A program made the translations under genes and the position numbers. 64,000 nt of DNA from Amoebidium appalachense. Lineage: Eukaryota > Protista > Ichthyosporea. The DNA lies in the NCBI GenBank assembly GCA_963693365.1, contig CAVNZM010000005.1, forward strand, positions 8,412,334 through 8,476,333, in the 5' to 3' direction. Under the pieces are notes generated by a model that had not been told where the DNA came from, did not search any database, and worked only from the letters and a program-made list of their open reading frames with translations. Shown piece by piece: positions 47,200-59,580 of the stretch. How positions within the stretch are numbered: position 1 is the first letter of the stretch; each line of letters begins with the position of its first letter.

Positions 47200-50100
47200 T
47201 CACTCCCCCCCCCCGGTCCCCTCCCCCACCGACTTTTTCACACCACGATTAAACTGAGGAATAACTCTCTTTGGCCTAGAGGGAGCACTAGGCAACTCCC
47301 TCTGCACTAATCTAGCCTCATAAGCACGAATAGAAAACGGGCAATCCAAATGAAACTCAGGCAACCACTGATCTTCCTGATAACCTCCCTCAAAACGAAT
47401 TAAATAATAATTTACCTTACCTTCCTTACCTTCGATAACCTTTTTATCCATAATTTTATCTACTGCAGCCTCCGATACATCCACCGACCCGTCATAGTCG
47501 GGGGTGAATGCATCTAACACTCGACGGCCCTCCGGCCGTTTAACCCTAAGGGCCCTATCATAATACTCCTTTATATCATCTACATTATAAAATCTAACAT
47601 CACTCTCATTATCTAACCTCTGCACCTTATATTCCGTCGGACCTAACCTAGCCACTATTTTATACGGGCCAATGAAAAGAGGCAACCATTTCTTACCATA
47701 CTTACGAAGACCTTCACCTTCACCCTTACCTTCCTGCTCCTGCTTATATCTCTTTTTCCTAGTATGATCCCTAATTAAAACTAAAGTACCCTCGGCAAAT
47801 TCACGTAACGGACGTGTGGACACGTCTGCACGTGTCTGTGCCTGCTGTGTACGGGCCAGAGCTGCATCACGTGCAGCCCGGGCCCGGGTTAGTAGCTGCT
47901 CCCGGAACTCAGTCCAGTGGGGATAGGTTAGTCGGTCAGCCCCCCCCATCGGCAAAAGTGCCGTATCCAACAGACTAATAGCCTCCTGCCCATAGACCAA
48001 ATAAAACGGAGAAAAACCAGTCACAGCATGAGGGGTAGAATTATATGAATGAGCAATAAACCTAGACATATGATCCCAATCATTAGCCTCCACATCCACC
48101 ATTTTGCCAAAGGACTTCTGAAACACTGCATGCACACGTTCAGAGATGGCATTTGCTTGAGGGTGATATGCAGACGTAGTGATATGAGCTACCCTTAAAA
48201 TTTTACACACCTCCGACACCGACTGATTTAAAAAACACACGACTCCTATCCGTTAACAAAACACGAGGACAACCAAACCTCAGACAAATTTCATCCACAA
48301 AAATACGAGCAAACAAAACGGCATTAGCAGTGGGGAGAGGAAAAACTTCAACCCAACGAGTGGCCACATCGGTGACGGTAACAAGAACAGTGTTACCCTC
48401 AACCGTAGAATTAAAAGGACCGACCACATCCACTGCTACCCGTTCAAACATACGAACATTAAAATCCCTAATAAACGACGGGCGGGAACGAGAGTGGGGA
48501 CTCTCATTCCTTTCCTGACAATGCATGCATGACAACACATAATCCCTCACCTCCCTACTCATACCCGGCCAAAAATACGAACGATTAACACGAAGCAACG
48601 TCCTATTTACACCTAAATGACCAGCCATGGGATGCTCATGCACCATATGCAAAACCTCAGGCACAAGTGCCGTCGGGACCCAAACTCGGTGTCCGTCTGG
48701 CCCAGAACAATGATAAACTAAATCCTGCTCTACCTGACACATTTTTGCTAACTTAGCTACCTTAATCATCTGCCTTTTATTTTTAAATTTAATCGAATCA
48801 ACCGGCCCCTTTAAATAATTCTTAACCAGACCAATCAACACATCTTCCTCCTGAGCTAAGATCAAAGCCGTAGGTGCTAAGGCAGGGGCCGAGCCATGAG
48901 ACTCGGTCCCGACCTCAGACACCGACAAATACCTCCCCCCCCCTCTCCTACACTTATAAGCAAGCAACCCCGGAACCCAAGAAGACACATCCACAGACAC
49001 AGCATCTATTCCTTTCTGCTCACTCGCCCCCCCTTCCCCCCCCTCCCCCCCCGTCTCTCACTATCCCCCCCCTCCCCCTCCTTCTCTTCTTCAAACAAAA
49101 TATAAGCAGCACGAGAGAGAGCATCACAGTCGACCATTGTTTCACCCTTGGCATAAAACAATTTATAGGAGAACTCACCGAGAGCCGCGGCCCACTTCTG
49201 CATCCTCTCGTTGACCAGACGAGTGGTGCCGGCCATGGCTAGGCAGGGCTTGTGGTCGGTGTAGACCTCAAACGTCCTGCCTGCGAGTATATACCTCCAT
49301 GCCTGTGAGACTGCCCAAAAGATAGCATGGGACTCTCTCTCCGGATTGCTATATCTACGTTCACTTTTACTAAATGAACGACTAGCATAAGCAATCACTC
49401 TATCCTGCCCCTCCTGCACTTGATATAACACGGCCCCCTCAGCAACCTTACTTGCATCGCACCGAACTTTAAACATCCCCCCCCGGCCGAAAAATCAGGA
49501 TGAACAAGCATACTCGAAGACTGCAAAGCTAACTTAAGCTTTTCGAAAGCAGAAACAGCATCAACATTCCAATCTATTCTATTCTTCTTCTCCCCCCCCG
49601 TCTGACTAGTTAACGGCAAAGCAAGCATACTATAGTCCTTAATATAACGACGAAGATAATTAGTTAAACCTAAAAATTGCCTTAGTTGAGTGACAGTCTG
49701 AGGACGGGGCCACTCAACTATGGCCCGGATTTTCTCCGGATCAGGGGAAAGACCATTACTAGACACAATATGACCTAAAAACTTAACCTCCGGCACACCA
49801 ATCACAGTCTTGCTACCGCTAATACGAAGACCAGACTCACCCAAAGCTAAAAATACTTTTTCACAATTATTAACTAACTCCTCAAATGACCTACCTTTAA
49901 TTAAAACATCATCCAAATAAGGGTGGCATACATCCAAATGAGGGTGGAGAATTTTATACATTACCCGGCACAACATAGCTGGAGAGGAGAGCAAACCCAT
50001 CGGCACCACCTTGTACTGGAACAGCTGGTCACCCAGTGCAAAGGCAGTCTTCTCCTTGCTGCTCTCCTCCAACCTTATCTGCCAAAAAGCTGCTTTTAAA

Positions 50101-52357
50101 TCAAGTTTAGCAAAGTGAGTATAGCCGTGCAGCTGTGAAAGCTGCTCGTCTATGTTAGGGAGAGGCCATTGGTCTGCCTTAGTGATCCGATTCAGAGCCC
50201 TGTAATCGTTCACTAGGCGCCAAGACCCGTCGGGCTTCTTAACCAATAGCACCGGACTTCTCCACGGACTCGAACTATGCTCCACATGACCCTTTTTTAA
50301 CATATCACTCACTATTATTAGCGCATCCGACAATTTATACTGCTCCATTCTATAGCTAGGCATCACTACCGGCCTATTATCACCTGTGTCGATCTGCATT
50401 TCAAACCCTTTAACGAAGCCTACTTCGTTATCATCGGCCAGAAATGCAAACCGAGTCCTATCAAATAACTTAGCTAGCAATTTTTTCTGTTCTACCGTCC
50501 AATCCCCCTCCTTCATACCAAACGGCAATACTAACTCCGGGTTACCCCCATCACAAGTGGATGCATCCTTATTCACCGGAGTGCCACTTAACATTTCACC
50601 TCCTGTATTACATCGGTGCTGCTCGGGGTGAGGTTGAGGTACCTCCGGATATAGGCGGTCACCCTTAGCACCCCCCCCGCCCCCCGGCACACCAATGCCC
50701 CCGGGCAATTCCTGATGAGTTAGTGCATGTATGTGGGGGGCCAGGTCTGTGGCCACCCTGCCCCCCACGGTGTTGGTTAACCCGTCAGATCCACGGGTTA
50801 GACCAACACCCTCCCCCCTTGCCTGCACATTCTCACACCCGGGGTGACCCTCCTTCCTCTTGGGGGTCGGGGGAGTGGGACCGGTGCTGTCCCGGTCCCC
50901 CCCCCCATCGTGTCGGGTGACATTTTGGTGGCTAACGTTAAATAAAGTTGTTCCCCCTCCTCCTGAGTCACCCTTCGAGCCGGCATCCTCCTTTTGGGTA
51001 ATAAGAGAGACCTCTATACTACCAATCTCATTAGTGAAACTACCGACGGAAACACCTGACCTAATCACTATAGGCTCGATGCCCGGATTCACTAATTCTA
51101 TTTCTATTGTCTTATCCGGCCATACCCTACTAAGGGTCCATTGGGCCACCTCCTGAAATGGGGTTTTCGGAGTAAAAACCCCTAAATCCCCTATCCTAAC
51201 ATGATTGCCGGCCCGGACACGTACCGTTTGGCACTGGTAAGGCTCGATTACTACTTCAGCTACCGTTCTAGCACCAGACTGATAACCGTCGAGCCCATCA
51301 TGGGTTTTAATTTTAACGCCGGACTGCAATTCTAAAACATTCGTACGTTCAAACAAAGCATTCACATGTCTACGGAAAAATGGGGCTCCCAACAAAACAC
51401 TTTGAGCTAAATCCTTAACCACATAACAAGCAATATGCATAGCCTGGCCACCTATCTCACACGGCAACACACAAACACCTTCCACAGACATACTACTATT
51501 ATTAGCACTACCTAAGGCTGTGCTAGAAGCATCTAAAATAGGAATTTCCCCCCCGGCCTGATTAAAACGACGAATAAAGGAAGCATGCACACAATTAACC
51601 TGAGCCCCTCCATCGAGCAAAGCAACAGCCTTCAACTTACCATCAGCTAACCATACGTCTATATAATGCCGGCTAAACCCAACTAAATCCTCCTCCAATT
51701 CAAGCAACACATCATCACTCACACCCAATCCCTGCCCACGAAGACTCACACCCTCGATACCTACGTGCAACATACCTACCTGTGGTGCCTGCACGGGTGG
51801 GGTGGGGTGTGTATGTGGTGTGGGTGGTGGTGGAGTGTGTGTGTGTGATGTGTGGGTGGGTGGTGTGTGTGTGTTTGGTGTATGTGTGGGTGTGTGTGTG
51901 GGTGTAGGTGTGTCTGCAACCGTCGTATGTTGTTGTGGTGGTGTGTTTCTACGTGTCTGTGCCTTCCCCCCCCTTCCCCTTTTACTCGTGTGTGTCCCCC
52001 CCCTCCCGGAAACAATGGCACAGAAACCCCCTCCGGTGTGGTTAGAATAAACACCGGGTTGGGACAAGAAACACTGAGACCATCCACTTGTGGCTGGGGA
52101 ACCTCCCCCAACCACAAAACATTCACACCATTCATACCTTTGGTAGAGTCACCCCACAAACATTCATGCCATACCACCTCGACGCTGTCTTGAGGACCCA
52201 CGACGATGCCCGGCTCCCACACGTATCGGGGCGGTGAGGGGGCAAAGGGAAGCTTAACCTGGGGTGGGGGAGGGTGAAGGTTCTCTGCAACCTGGGGGGG
52301 ACCGATACTGTCCCCCCCCCCTCCCTCAGTGACCCCAGCTTCCCCCTCCCCCGGAAC
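47200..52357 (-). CDS. pol: Pol polyprotein (protease, dUTPase-like spacer, RT, RNase H, integrase, GPY/F, chromodomain), split by ~4 frameshifts at homopolymers
   Basis: ALLDGGA protease; RT SPVLLVKKPDGSWRLVNDYRALN, KLDLKAAFWQI, YLDD; RNase H CDAS, YTDHKP, DALSR; integrase HEHPMAGH...CMHC, DVVGP, TD, YHPQANAISER; FIGPYKI; chromodomain VDKIMDKK...YYLIRFEG..EDQWLPE. Frame changes near 52000, 49480, 49040 and 48232. Confidence 0.93.
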
Positions 52358-53692
52358 TCAATAGCTCTTGTAACTACGGCAATATGCAGCAGAGTGCCCT
52401 TGCCGGCCACAAAAGTAACATGCACCAAAGAAGGGGCCAGGGGGGACTTCAAAACCTTGGCGCAAAGCATAACCGGGAGCCCGGTCATGTTGGGGGGGCC
52501 CACCGTGTGCACCACGGCCCCCCCTTCCCCCCTGCCCCCCTCGGCCTCTCTCACCACCATTTCCACCCCTCCCTCTACCCTGCCCACTACCACGAGCAAG
52601 ATAAGGGGCAAACCTCTCGGTGAACTGCTGCTGTTGTCCTCCACGTCCCCCTCGGCCACGACCGCCGTGTCCACCCCGGTCGCCGCCACGGCCACCCCGG
52701 AAGCCGAAGCCCCCTCGGCCAGAGAAGACGGCCTGGGAGAGCTCGGCAACCTGCTTGACCAACATGGTGAGTGCATCTGGCTGTTCACCCTCTTTTTTCT
52801 CTTTTTCCCCCTTCTGTCCACTCTCCTTCTTTTTCTTGTCTACTTCCATCACCTCCTTTTTATCCCTCTTATTGAACTTCACCTCGTGCATGGCAAGCAA
52901 GTGACGTTTAACATGCAACACCACCTCATCTACATCATCATGCTCCCCAAACATGCGTGCAGTGTCTGTGTTTACAGAGAGAGCCTTACGAGCAAACTCG
53001 AATTTTTCCCTATCACTCACGTCACCAGCTAACTCACAAAGGTCCTCAAAGACCCGATATTCCCTCTCAAAGAATGCACGAGCTTCTACGGGGGACATAT
53101 CTAAAGTGGGAAAGGTATACTTCCATTCTCTGAGCTGGGCCCGGAAGGTACGGCGCCGGTCGGCCGTCAGGTATCGGCCGACGAGCCGGGCCGTATACTC
53201 GAGCTCGTTTTCCGGCCGTGTGAAGGCCTCGAGCTCCCCGTCCACGTCGTCGGTGCTGTTCTCGTCCTCGTCGTCGGGGATGAACCGTGCGGCCAGACGT
53301 TTCTGGCCGAGTGTCCGGGACACCATCTCGTCCCTCCCCTCGTCGTACTGCTGCTCGTATATACGAGCCGTCACCTGGGGGGCCTGCTCGGCCCGGTACG
53401 GGTGCTCCTCCATCAGGGTGCATAAGTCGGCCATTGTTTTGTGGTCGATGCACTGTTTGATCATTAAGCACGAGGCCGCCACAGTGGGGGCCTTCTTTGT
53501 GTCTAACACTAGTGTGGGTGTGTTAGCTAGGAGTGTCCTAAGCCACCTAGGGATTTCCGAGTCGTGTTTGAGTGTAAAACTGAAAGCTGTGGTCTGTCTA
53601 ACGTCTAGTGTATGAACCTGTGGTACCTGTGTGTGCAGGGAGCTATCCTCCGCTGCCAATGCGTAGAACATGTCTACGTTAAACTTAGCCAT
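52358..53692 (-). CDS. gag: Gag (444 aa) with RGG-rich region and CCHC zinc knuckle
   Basis: Intact ORF downstream of the 5' LTR; CYFCGRQGHSAAYC knuckle at the C-terminus. Confidence 0.92.
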   Translation of the reverse strand: MAKFNVDMFYALAAEDSSLHTQVPQVHTLDVRQTTAFSFTLKHDSEIPRWLRTLLANTPTLVLDTKKAPTVAASCLMIKQCIDHKTMADLCTLMEEHPYRAEQAPQVTARIYEQQYDEGRDEMVSRTLGQKRLAARFIPDDEDENSTDDVDGELEAFTRPENELEYTARLVGRYLTADRRRTFRAQLREWKYTFPTLDMSPVEARAFFEREYRVFEDLCELAGDVSDREKFEFARKALSVNTDTARMFGEHDDVDEVVLHVKRHLLAMHEVKFNKRDKKEVMEVDKKKKESGQKGEKEKKEGEQPDALTMLVKQVAELSQAVFSGRGGFGFRGGRGGDRGGHGGRGRGGRGGQQQQFTERFAPYLARGSGQGRGRGGNGGERGRGGQGGRGGRGAHGGPPQHDRAPGYALRQGFEVPPGPFFGACYFCGRQGHSAAYCRSYKSY

Positions 53693-53730
53693 TGTGTGGT
53701 GTGTGCCCTAACTCGTGTGGTTGTGTTTAT

Positions 53731-53772
<42 letters not shown>

Positions 53773-53858
53773 TGTGTTTGAGGTGTAGCAACAGCCCAGA
53801 AGGAACTGTCACCGCGTTACCCTAGCGCGAAAAACCGCACTAAAAGAAAGGTGTAGCT

Positions 53859-54496
53859 TGTCGTATCCTAATGTATGTGTACTAGAGACGCGGCACTCTA
53901 CTAAGTGTACACACACGAAAAGGAACGAACGTGTACAGAAAAACGGTAAAGTTTATTAAGACCAGGCTCCGACGGGCAAACTTAGATCCGTACGGATTGA
54001 GTCTAAGTTACGACTGAGGCCATCAAGGCCGTGCCCTACAAGATCATCATCACCTGGCCCCCTACGATGCCACATTCCATTAACATTCCGATCTACTTTT
54101 ATCGTGCGCCTGCACGAGCTAAGTCGATCTACTCAACTAATATATTTATCCAAGTCTCACCCCTCACCCTCCCCCTAGTGGCACCGCAGAGTCTAAATCT
54201 ACATTTCATACTATCCTCCCCCCCCTCCCTCCCCCCCTTTCCTCTACATCTACATATATAAATACGTTTGGCAACATATGCTATCAAACCTTGCCAATAC
54301 TTACAAAAGGGCTTCTGCCCGAACAATCACATTCCTAAGTCCTCCTACGATCTATCCTACACACTAATTAGAATTCTATTGGACGGCTGTCCCGGCTGAC
54401 GTGGTCCAATGCCCTGCGCCGGCAGAGGCAAGATGCACGCAGCTGCCAGACAGCTATCTTGAGGCCTCGGTCTTGATCTTGATGATCTGTGGACCC

Positions 54497-54533
<37 letters not shown>

Positions 54534-54584
54534 ATCTCGATCGTAGACTTAGGCTAATCTGCTGAGACGGATTAGTATATGTCA
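53859..54584 (-). repeat. 5' LTR of the Gypsy element
   Basis: Direct repeat of 46213-46933. Confidence 0.97.
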
Positions 54585-55352
54585 CCGCACTATAAATACT
54601 TTAGGGTATATAAGTGAGTTGGTCGTGATAGTATATTATACCGGATATCTAGTATGGATGTACACAGGTTGAGATATACGCGCGTGTGTACATGTATATA
54701 TAACACTGTGTTTGATCTTAGGTAGGCCAGTATGCATGTCCCCCCCAGTCTTGTGCACATGAGCATGGAATTAGCCATATGTGCACGTGCAGCTTGCATG
54801 ATTATTCATGGGAAAACAGATATAATAGTCGCATTGGACCGACACGTAGTAGAGGAACCATGAGCGTTTATGTCATAGTTTTATCATGGGAAAATATGCA
54901 AGTAGCCGTGAGGTATGACTGTGGAATGCATCGCTAGTCAAGTACTGTCACCCGATTGGCTCACTTAGTTTATTGGAACCGTGATGCCATGGGACAGAAC
55001 CGTGAACCGTATGTGATTGGCTCTCGTAGCCAAAAGGACATACTAGTACCGATGCACATGTCTGAGCCGCTGTGCGAGCTCCGATATAAGGGCATGTCGG
55101 GGGCTTCAGAGCTCACTCCGAGTGTGCTCGGCTTACTAGGTGTAAGTAGGACTAGCACGTAACTTAGCAAAGCGTGGTCTAGTCAACCCCGTTCATTCAC
55201 AAATATATTGTTTTGTCACGGACACAAGATCATTTTATACAACAGGTCGCCGGAACAAGCTCAGATTTAGACAGGTCGGATCTGGGATAATAGATAGGTT
55301 AGATAGACCCAAACGTCTCTACCACCTACTGAGGCGGTGTCTCCTTTCTTTT

Positions 55353-55390
<38 letters not shown>

Positions 55391-55913
55391 AAAAGGGACG
55401 CCTGAGTAGATGTTAAAACGTCGCACGTGCGGCAACACGTCAGTACGTGTTAGCAAACGTCTCTGAAATTGCGCATTCTTTGCGCCGCGCGCACCTGCGC
55501 TTTCCTCAGGCCTCGAGTCGAGTCACCCTATCATAGCTTCAAGACGGTAAACCCTGTCATTATTATTGGCTGTCTGCTTTTTTTTTTCTTTCTTTTTTGT
55601 TTTCTTTTCCCCCTTGAGTTGTGTATTGTGCGCGCGGCCAGACCAGACTCGGGAGTCGGACACCAGGCCTCCTATATAGCACTACGGCCTTGTACCTTGG
55701 TCGGACATCTTTGGCGGCGGCTACAGCTGTAGCTAGTAGAGAGGACTATTATGTGGTTAGGATGCACGCATGTGCGCATGCGGCACTGCCGTACGTCGGA
55801 CTCGTACGCTCAAACTCGCGCGGATCCTTTCGAAGGCCGCGGCGTTGATCATCGGCCCCAATGTACTCTGGATGATGCAACAACGTTCAATTCGACAGAG
55901 AGGAAAGGGGGAA

Positions 55914-55959
<46 letters not shown>

Positions 55960-56367
55960 GGGAGGGGAGGGAGGGGGAGGGGGAGAGGGGGGGAGGGGGC
56001 TACTCATAGAGGGTGTTAAGGCTGGATTCGGCCTCCGCCCGACTGGCCCTATCCGCTTCGACCATGGCTACATCTCTGAGCCACATCATGTGTTTGCGCA
56101 ATTATTCTGGTCGCAATCATTGCAACCCCGGAAGTGAGCCGGCCAAGTGGACCTCAGTCGGGCAGTTGCAATTGTATTCGAATATTCAACCTATTCAACC
56201 TTAGATAATCTGTGTCGTTCTGTTTCTAGTTCGGGTCGTTCTGTTTCTAATGGGTCGTTCTGTTTCTAATTCGTTGTTGTTACATAGTATAGTTGTGCAA
56301 TTAGTGATTTGAAAACGGGATAGCCAGGAAATGAATACGCTCCTGACACGTGGACGCTTTCTGAAGG

Positions 56368-57936
56368 ATGGCGCGTGAAAAGTGTGCAGTATGTAAGGCA
56401 GGAATTCGTGAGAACAGGAGAAATTATAACTTGCCTAAAGATATCAACGCTTTGGTGTTTTTCTTTGGTACTACGGCATCCAATCATCCCAAGGAGGGAA
56501 AACTATGCAACCTATGCTATATGAATTGGAGGAATACGGTCACAAAGCAAAGTGGACCGTCTGGAGTGGTTGGCGAGTTACCGGCGTCTAGTGTCGCAAC
56601 CGGGAGTGTCGAACTCGGAAACGTGGAGCTGCAGGATGGCCCTAGCACACCAAAAAAGCGACCACCTCCGGACGTTGCCAACACAGACCCTTCCAACGAA
56701 AGCTTTAGCACTATCGAACCAAACCGCCTGCGACACCACACACCCAGCGGCAAAGTGGCCAAACAAACGCGATGTTCAGAGGGCCTTGTGAACGAAACTA
56801 ACACAAACGACGATAGTAGCATCTTTCGCAGCCTTCGAAAGGAGTTCATGGACGTGGATCCCCAAAGTGTGCACACACCCGAACAACATTCACCTTTTTT
56901 TCCGTGCGCAGAAGGGGACCTTAGTAGGGAGGGCAGCGTACATGAACAGAGTGATTTTATGACAGGCTTCGACCTTTTCGACAGTAATACGGATACGGGG
57001 GATGCGGCAAACACAGGAGACACAGCCAGTACGGCTTCACCAGGCACCACGCAACCGGTTTTACAGGTGCCCACTGTTGGTGTACCGAAGACGGGAAACC
57101 ATGCAGCAGCCGACCAACAAGACACTGTAAACCCCGAACTGGTCACGTCTATGGCCGACATTAACGAGCAAATTGAAACCTATGAGATACAACTTTCGGC
57201 CCTCCGACTCCAGCTGCAGTACGTGCAGGAAAGGCTAGAAGCCAATAGACGGGAGAAGGAAAGGCATCGCTCACGTGCACGGCGCTATTCTGCAAAGATA
57301 GCCGGGATAGAAGTTCAGCAGGAACAGGCGAAAACCGCCATGGACGATGATGTGCGTACCACGGTTGCGGGTTTGGTCGAGGAGTGTGGAATCGGGTCGA
57401 ACATGTTAGTGTCGAGCAACCACTACCTCTCAACACTCGTGGTTGCAGGTTGTCCTTGTTGCCGTGCACCACCTGTCCGGTGCGTGTTCAGCACGATAGC
57501 CCTTGGGTACGAGTTGCGCACAACGATAAAGTGCACCCTGTGTCGTCGAAAATCGGTGGTTCACTCCGCCGGCCAGAGTAGTGCTATCAACAAAGTTTTT
57601 GTATCCGCCAACTTTACTTCCGGTATCAATCCACAGAAAGCCGAGGTTTTTCTAGTCAATCTAGGTGTTTCCCATACTATGCACCCCTCAACTGTTTTTT
57701 CGCACCAAGGTGCGCTTATCACCCGTGCCGTCCCAGAGTTCCGGAAACAAATAGCGCACGATGCCGATGTTGTGATAGAACACGGTTTGCAAACATACAT
57801 CCACTTCCGGGAAAAACACGAGCAACAGGGAACGTGGTCCCCAGAGCTAACACTGATAGCAAAGATGCAGCAGAAATACAGGGGGGGTCAGATGAGGCTT
57901 TACAGAGTGAGACCGGTGGTAGACACAAGTATGTGA
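56368..57936 (+). CDS. Putative transposase N-terminal portion (522-aa ORF: CxxC..CxxC finger, low-complexity linker, coiled coil, second Cys4 region)
   Basis: CAVC...CNLC at the N-terminus. CPCC...LGY...KCTLC...S..INKVFVSA...GI...FL..LG resembles the pre-catalytic region of Kolobok/'Mutator-like' transposases. The ORF ends at RVRPVVDT, a candidate first catalytic Asp overlapping a GTATGT donor. Assignment by eye. Confidence 0.6.
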   Translation: MAREKCAVCKAGIRENRRNYNLPKDINALVFFFGTTASNHPKEGKLCNLCYMNWRNTVTKQSGPSGVVGELPASSVATGSVELGNVELQDGPSTPKKRPPPDVANTDPSNESFSTIEPNRLRHHTPSGKVAKQTRCSEGLVNETNTNDDSSIFRSLRKEFMDVDPQSVHTPEQHSPFFPCAEGDLSREGSVHEQSDFMTGFDLFDSNTDTGDAANTGDTASTASPGTTQPVLQVPTVGVPKTGNHAAADQQDTVNPELVTSMADINEQIETYEIQLSALRLQLQYVQERLEANRREKERHRSRARRYSAKIAGIEVQQEQAKTAMDDDVRTTVAGLVEECGIGSNMLVSSNHYLSTLVVAGCPCCRAPPVRCVFSTIALGYELRTTIKCTLCRRKSVVHSAGQSSAINKVFVSANFTSGINPQKAEVFLVNLGVSHTMHPSTVFSHQGALITRAVPEFRKQIAHDADVVIEHGLQTYIHFREKHEQQGTWSPELTLIAKMQQKYRGGQMRLYRVRPVVDTSM

Positions 57937-58264
57937 AAGTTGCACATGTATATGCATCAACAGTTTACGAAAGGAATGTGATTGGGCTGAATGATAAAAG
58001 GTTTTGTATGTTTGTCTAATCATTCAAACAATCGTTGATAGCGCTAAATATGTGTTGTGTTTGTTGGAACCCCCCCCCCCCAATTTTTGACCTTTTTTGG
58101 TATTATGTATACATTATAATAATAAAAATATTGGCTATGGTGCACGTGAGCTTTCACAGAGCTTACTGCCAGTCGAGCTACACAAGCAGAACAACACAAG
58201 CCCACACAACACACAGTTTTCCACAGGAGTGTCTTTGGTAGGTAGTGCGGGGGGAGGGAGGGAG

Positions 58265-58308
<44 letters not shown>

Positions 58309-58329
58309 GAAACGAATATCAACACCAGT

Positions 58330-59580
58330 GCATGAAACATAACAAACGCGCCCATGTCCATGAACTGGTGATCTCACTCAAAGTGCCAGACGAAGATGTA
58401 TAGTCCACGCATGTGACCTTCGAGCGAAGTGTCTTTGTGCTGACAGGACATCTGAGCACACGAAAAACACCTAAAATAGTAACATTGAGCTGGGCTTGCC
58501 TGCATGCACCAACCGTTGAAATTATAACATGCGCACCCGTGTACATATGAAGTGATCTCACTCATGTGTGGACGAAGATCTACATCCCACGCATGTGGTC
58601 TTCGAGCGTGGTGTCTTTGTGCTGCCAGGACTTTTGAGCACACGAAAAACACACAAAACAGTAGCATGAAGCGAGGCTTGCCTACACCAACATTAATCAA
58701 TCATAAAATGCGCACCCGTGCACATGAAATGGTGATCTCACTCAACTGTGGACGAAGATCTACATTCCACGCATGTGGCCTTCGAGCGAGGTGTCTTTGT
58801 GTTGCCAGGACTTTTGAGCACACGAAAAACACACGAAACGGTAGCATTAAGCGAGGCTTGCCTACACCAACATTAATCAATCATAAAATGCGCACCCGTG
58901 CACATGAAATGGTGATCTCACTCAACTGTGGACGAAGATCTACATTCCACGCATGTGGCCTTCGAGCGAGGTGTCTTTGTGTTGCCAGGACTTTTGAGCA
59001 CACGAAAAACACCTAAAATTATAGCATTAAGCCAGGGTTGCCTACACCCACACCAGTAAAACATAACATGCGCACCGTGTACATCAGAAGATGATCTCAC
59101 TCATCTGTGGACGAAGTTCTACATTCCACGCAGGTGGCCTTCGAGCGAGGTGTCTTTGTGCTAACAGTACATTTGAGCACACGAAAAACACATAAAATAG
59201 TAGCATTAAGCAAGCTTGCCTACCTACACAGCAAAGAGTGGCCATGCGCAGTGAAGTACATAAGGTGACGGTGACCCATTCATCCACGAAAAATTGCCAA
59301 ATTTCAAAAAAATAAGTCTTCCCCAGAAGCATGTTTATGTGTGGGGGGGCGTTGGGCACCCGAAACCAACCGAAGCCAGTAACCACCCTGCTTTGTAAAC
59401 CCATACCAGCGAAAGATGACATGCGCACCCACGTACAATGTGTGGGGGATCCTCATTCCTCTGTGGATGAAGATGTACAATCCATGGTTCTGGTCTTCGA
59501 GTGAGGCGTCATTGTGTGGGGAGGACATCATAGCACACAAAAAACACCAGAAACTATAGCATTAAGCCAGGCTTACAAAC
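58330..59580. repeat. ~180-bp tandem array (about 7 units) inside the Kolobok-like element
   Basis: Anchor (g)tgatctcactca at 58368, 58552, 58732, 58912 and 59091 (spacing 184/180/180/179), plus degenerate units to ~59580; the central units are almost identical. Confidence 0.9.

Larger units (their letters stand above)
46213..54584 (-). mobile_element. Full-length Ty3/Gypsy LTR retrotransposon with chromodomain integrase
   Basis: LTRs at 46213-46933 and 53859-54584 (TG...CA; differences seen only in C-run lengths); TSD CCGCA at 46208-46212 and 54585-54589; G-rich PPT next to the left LTR; gag-PR-RT-RH-IN-chromo order. Confidence 0.97.

Noticed and set aside
49006-49008. TAG in Gypsy pol as second evidence for UAG recoding
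   Set aside because: The integrase continues in a different frame after a G-run frameshift, so this TAG is out of frame.
45869-55450. LTR-like sequence flanking the Gypsy element (45871-46207 and 54590-~55440) as a solo LTR
   Set aside because: It has TATA-like words and TGTCA starts, but no convincing TG...CA pair with a matching TSD or second copy in the window.
58330-59580. 180-bp array as CRISPR-like or as a 60-aa repeat protein
   Set aside because: Whole units are homologous, so there are no spacers, and the 184- and 179-bp units break the reading frame.
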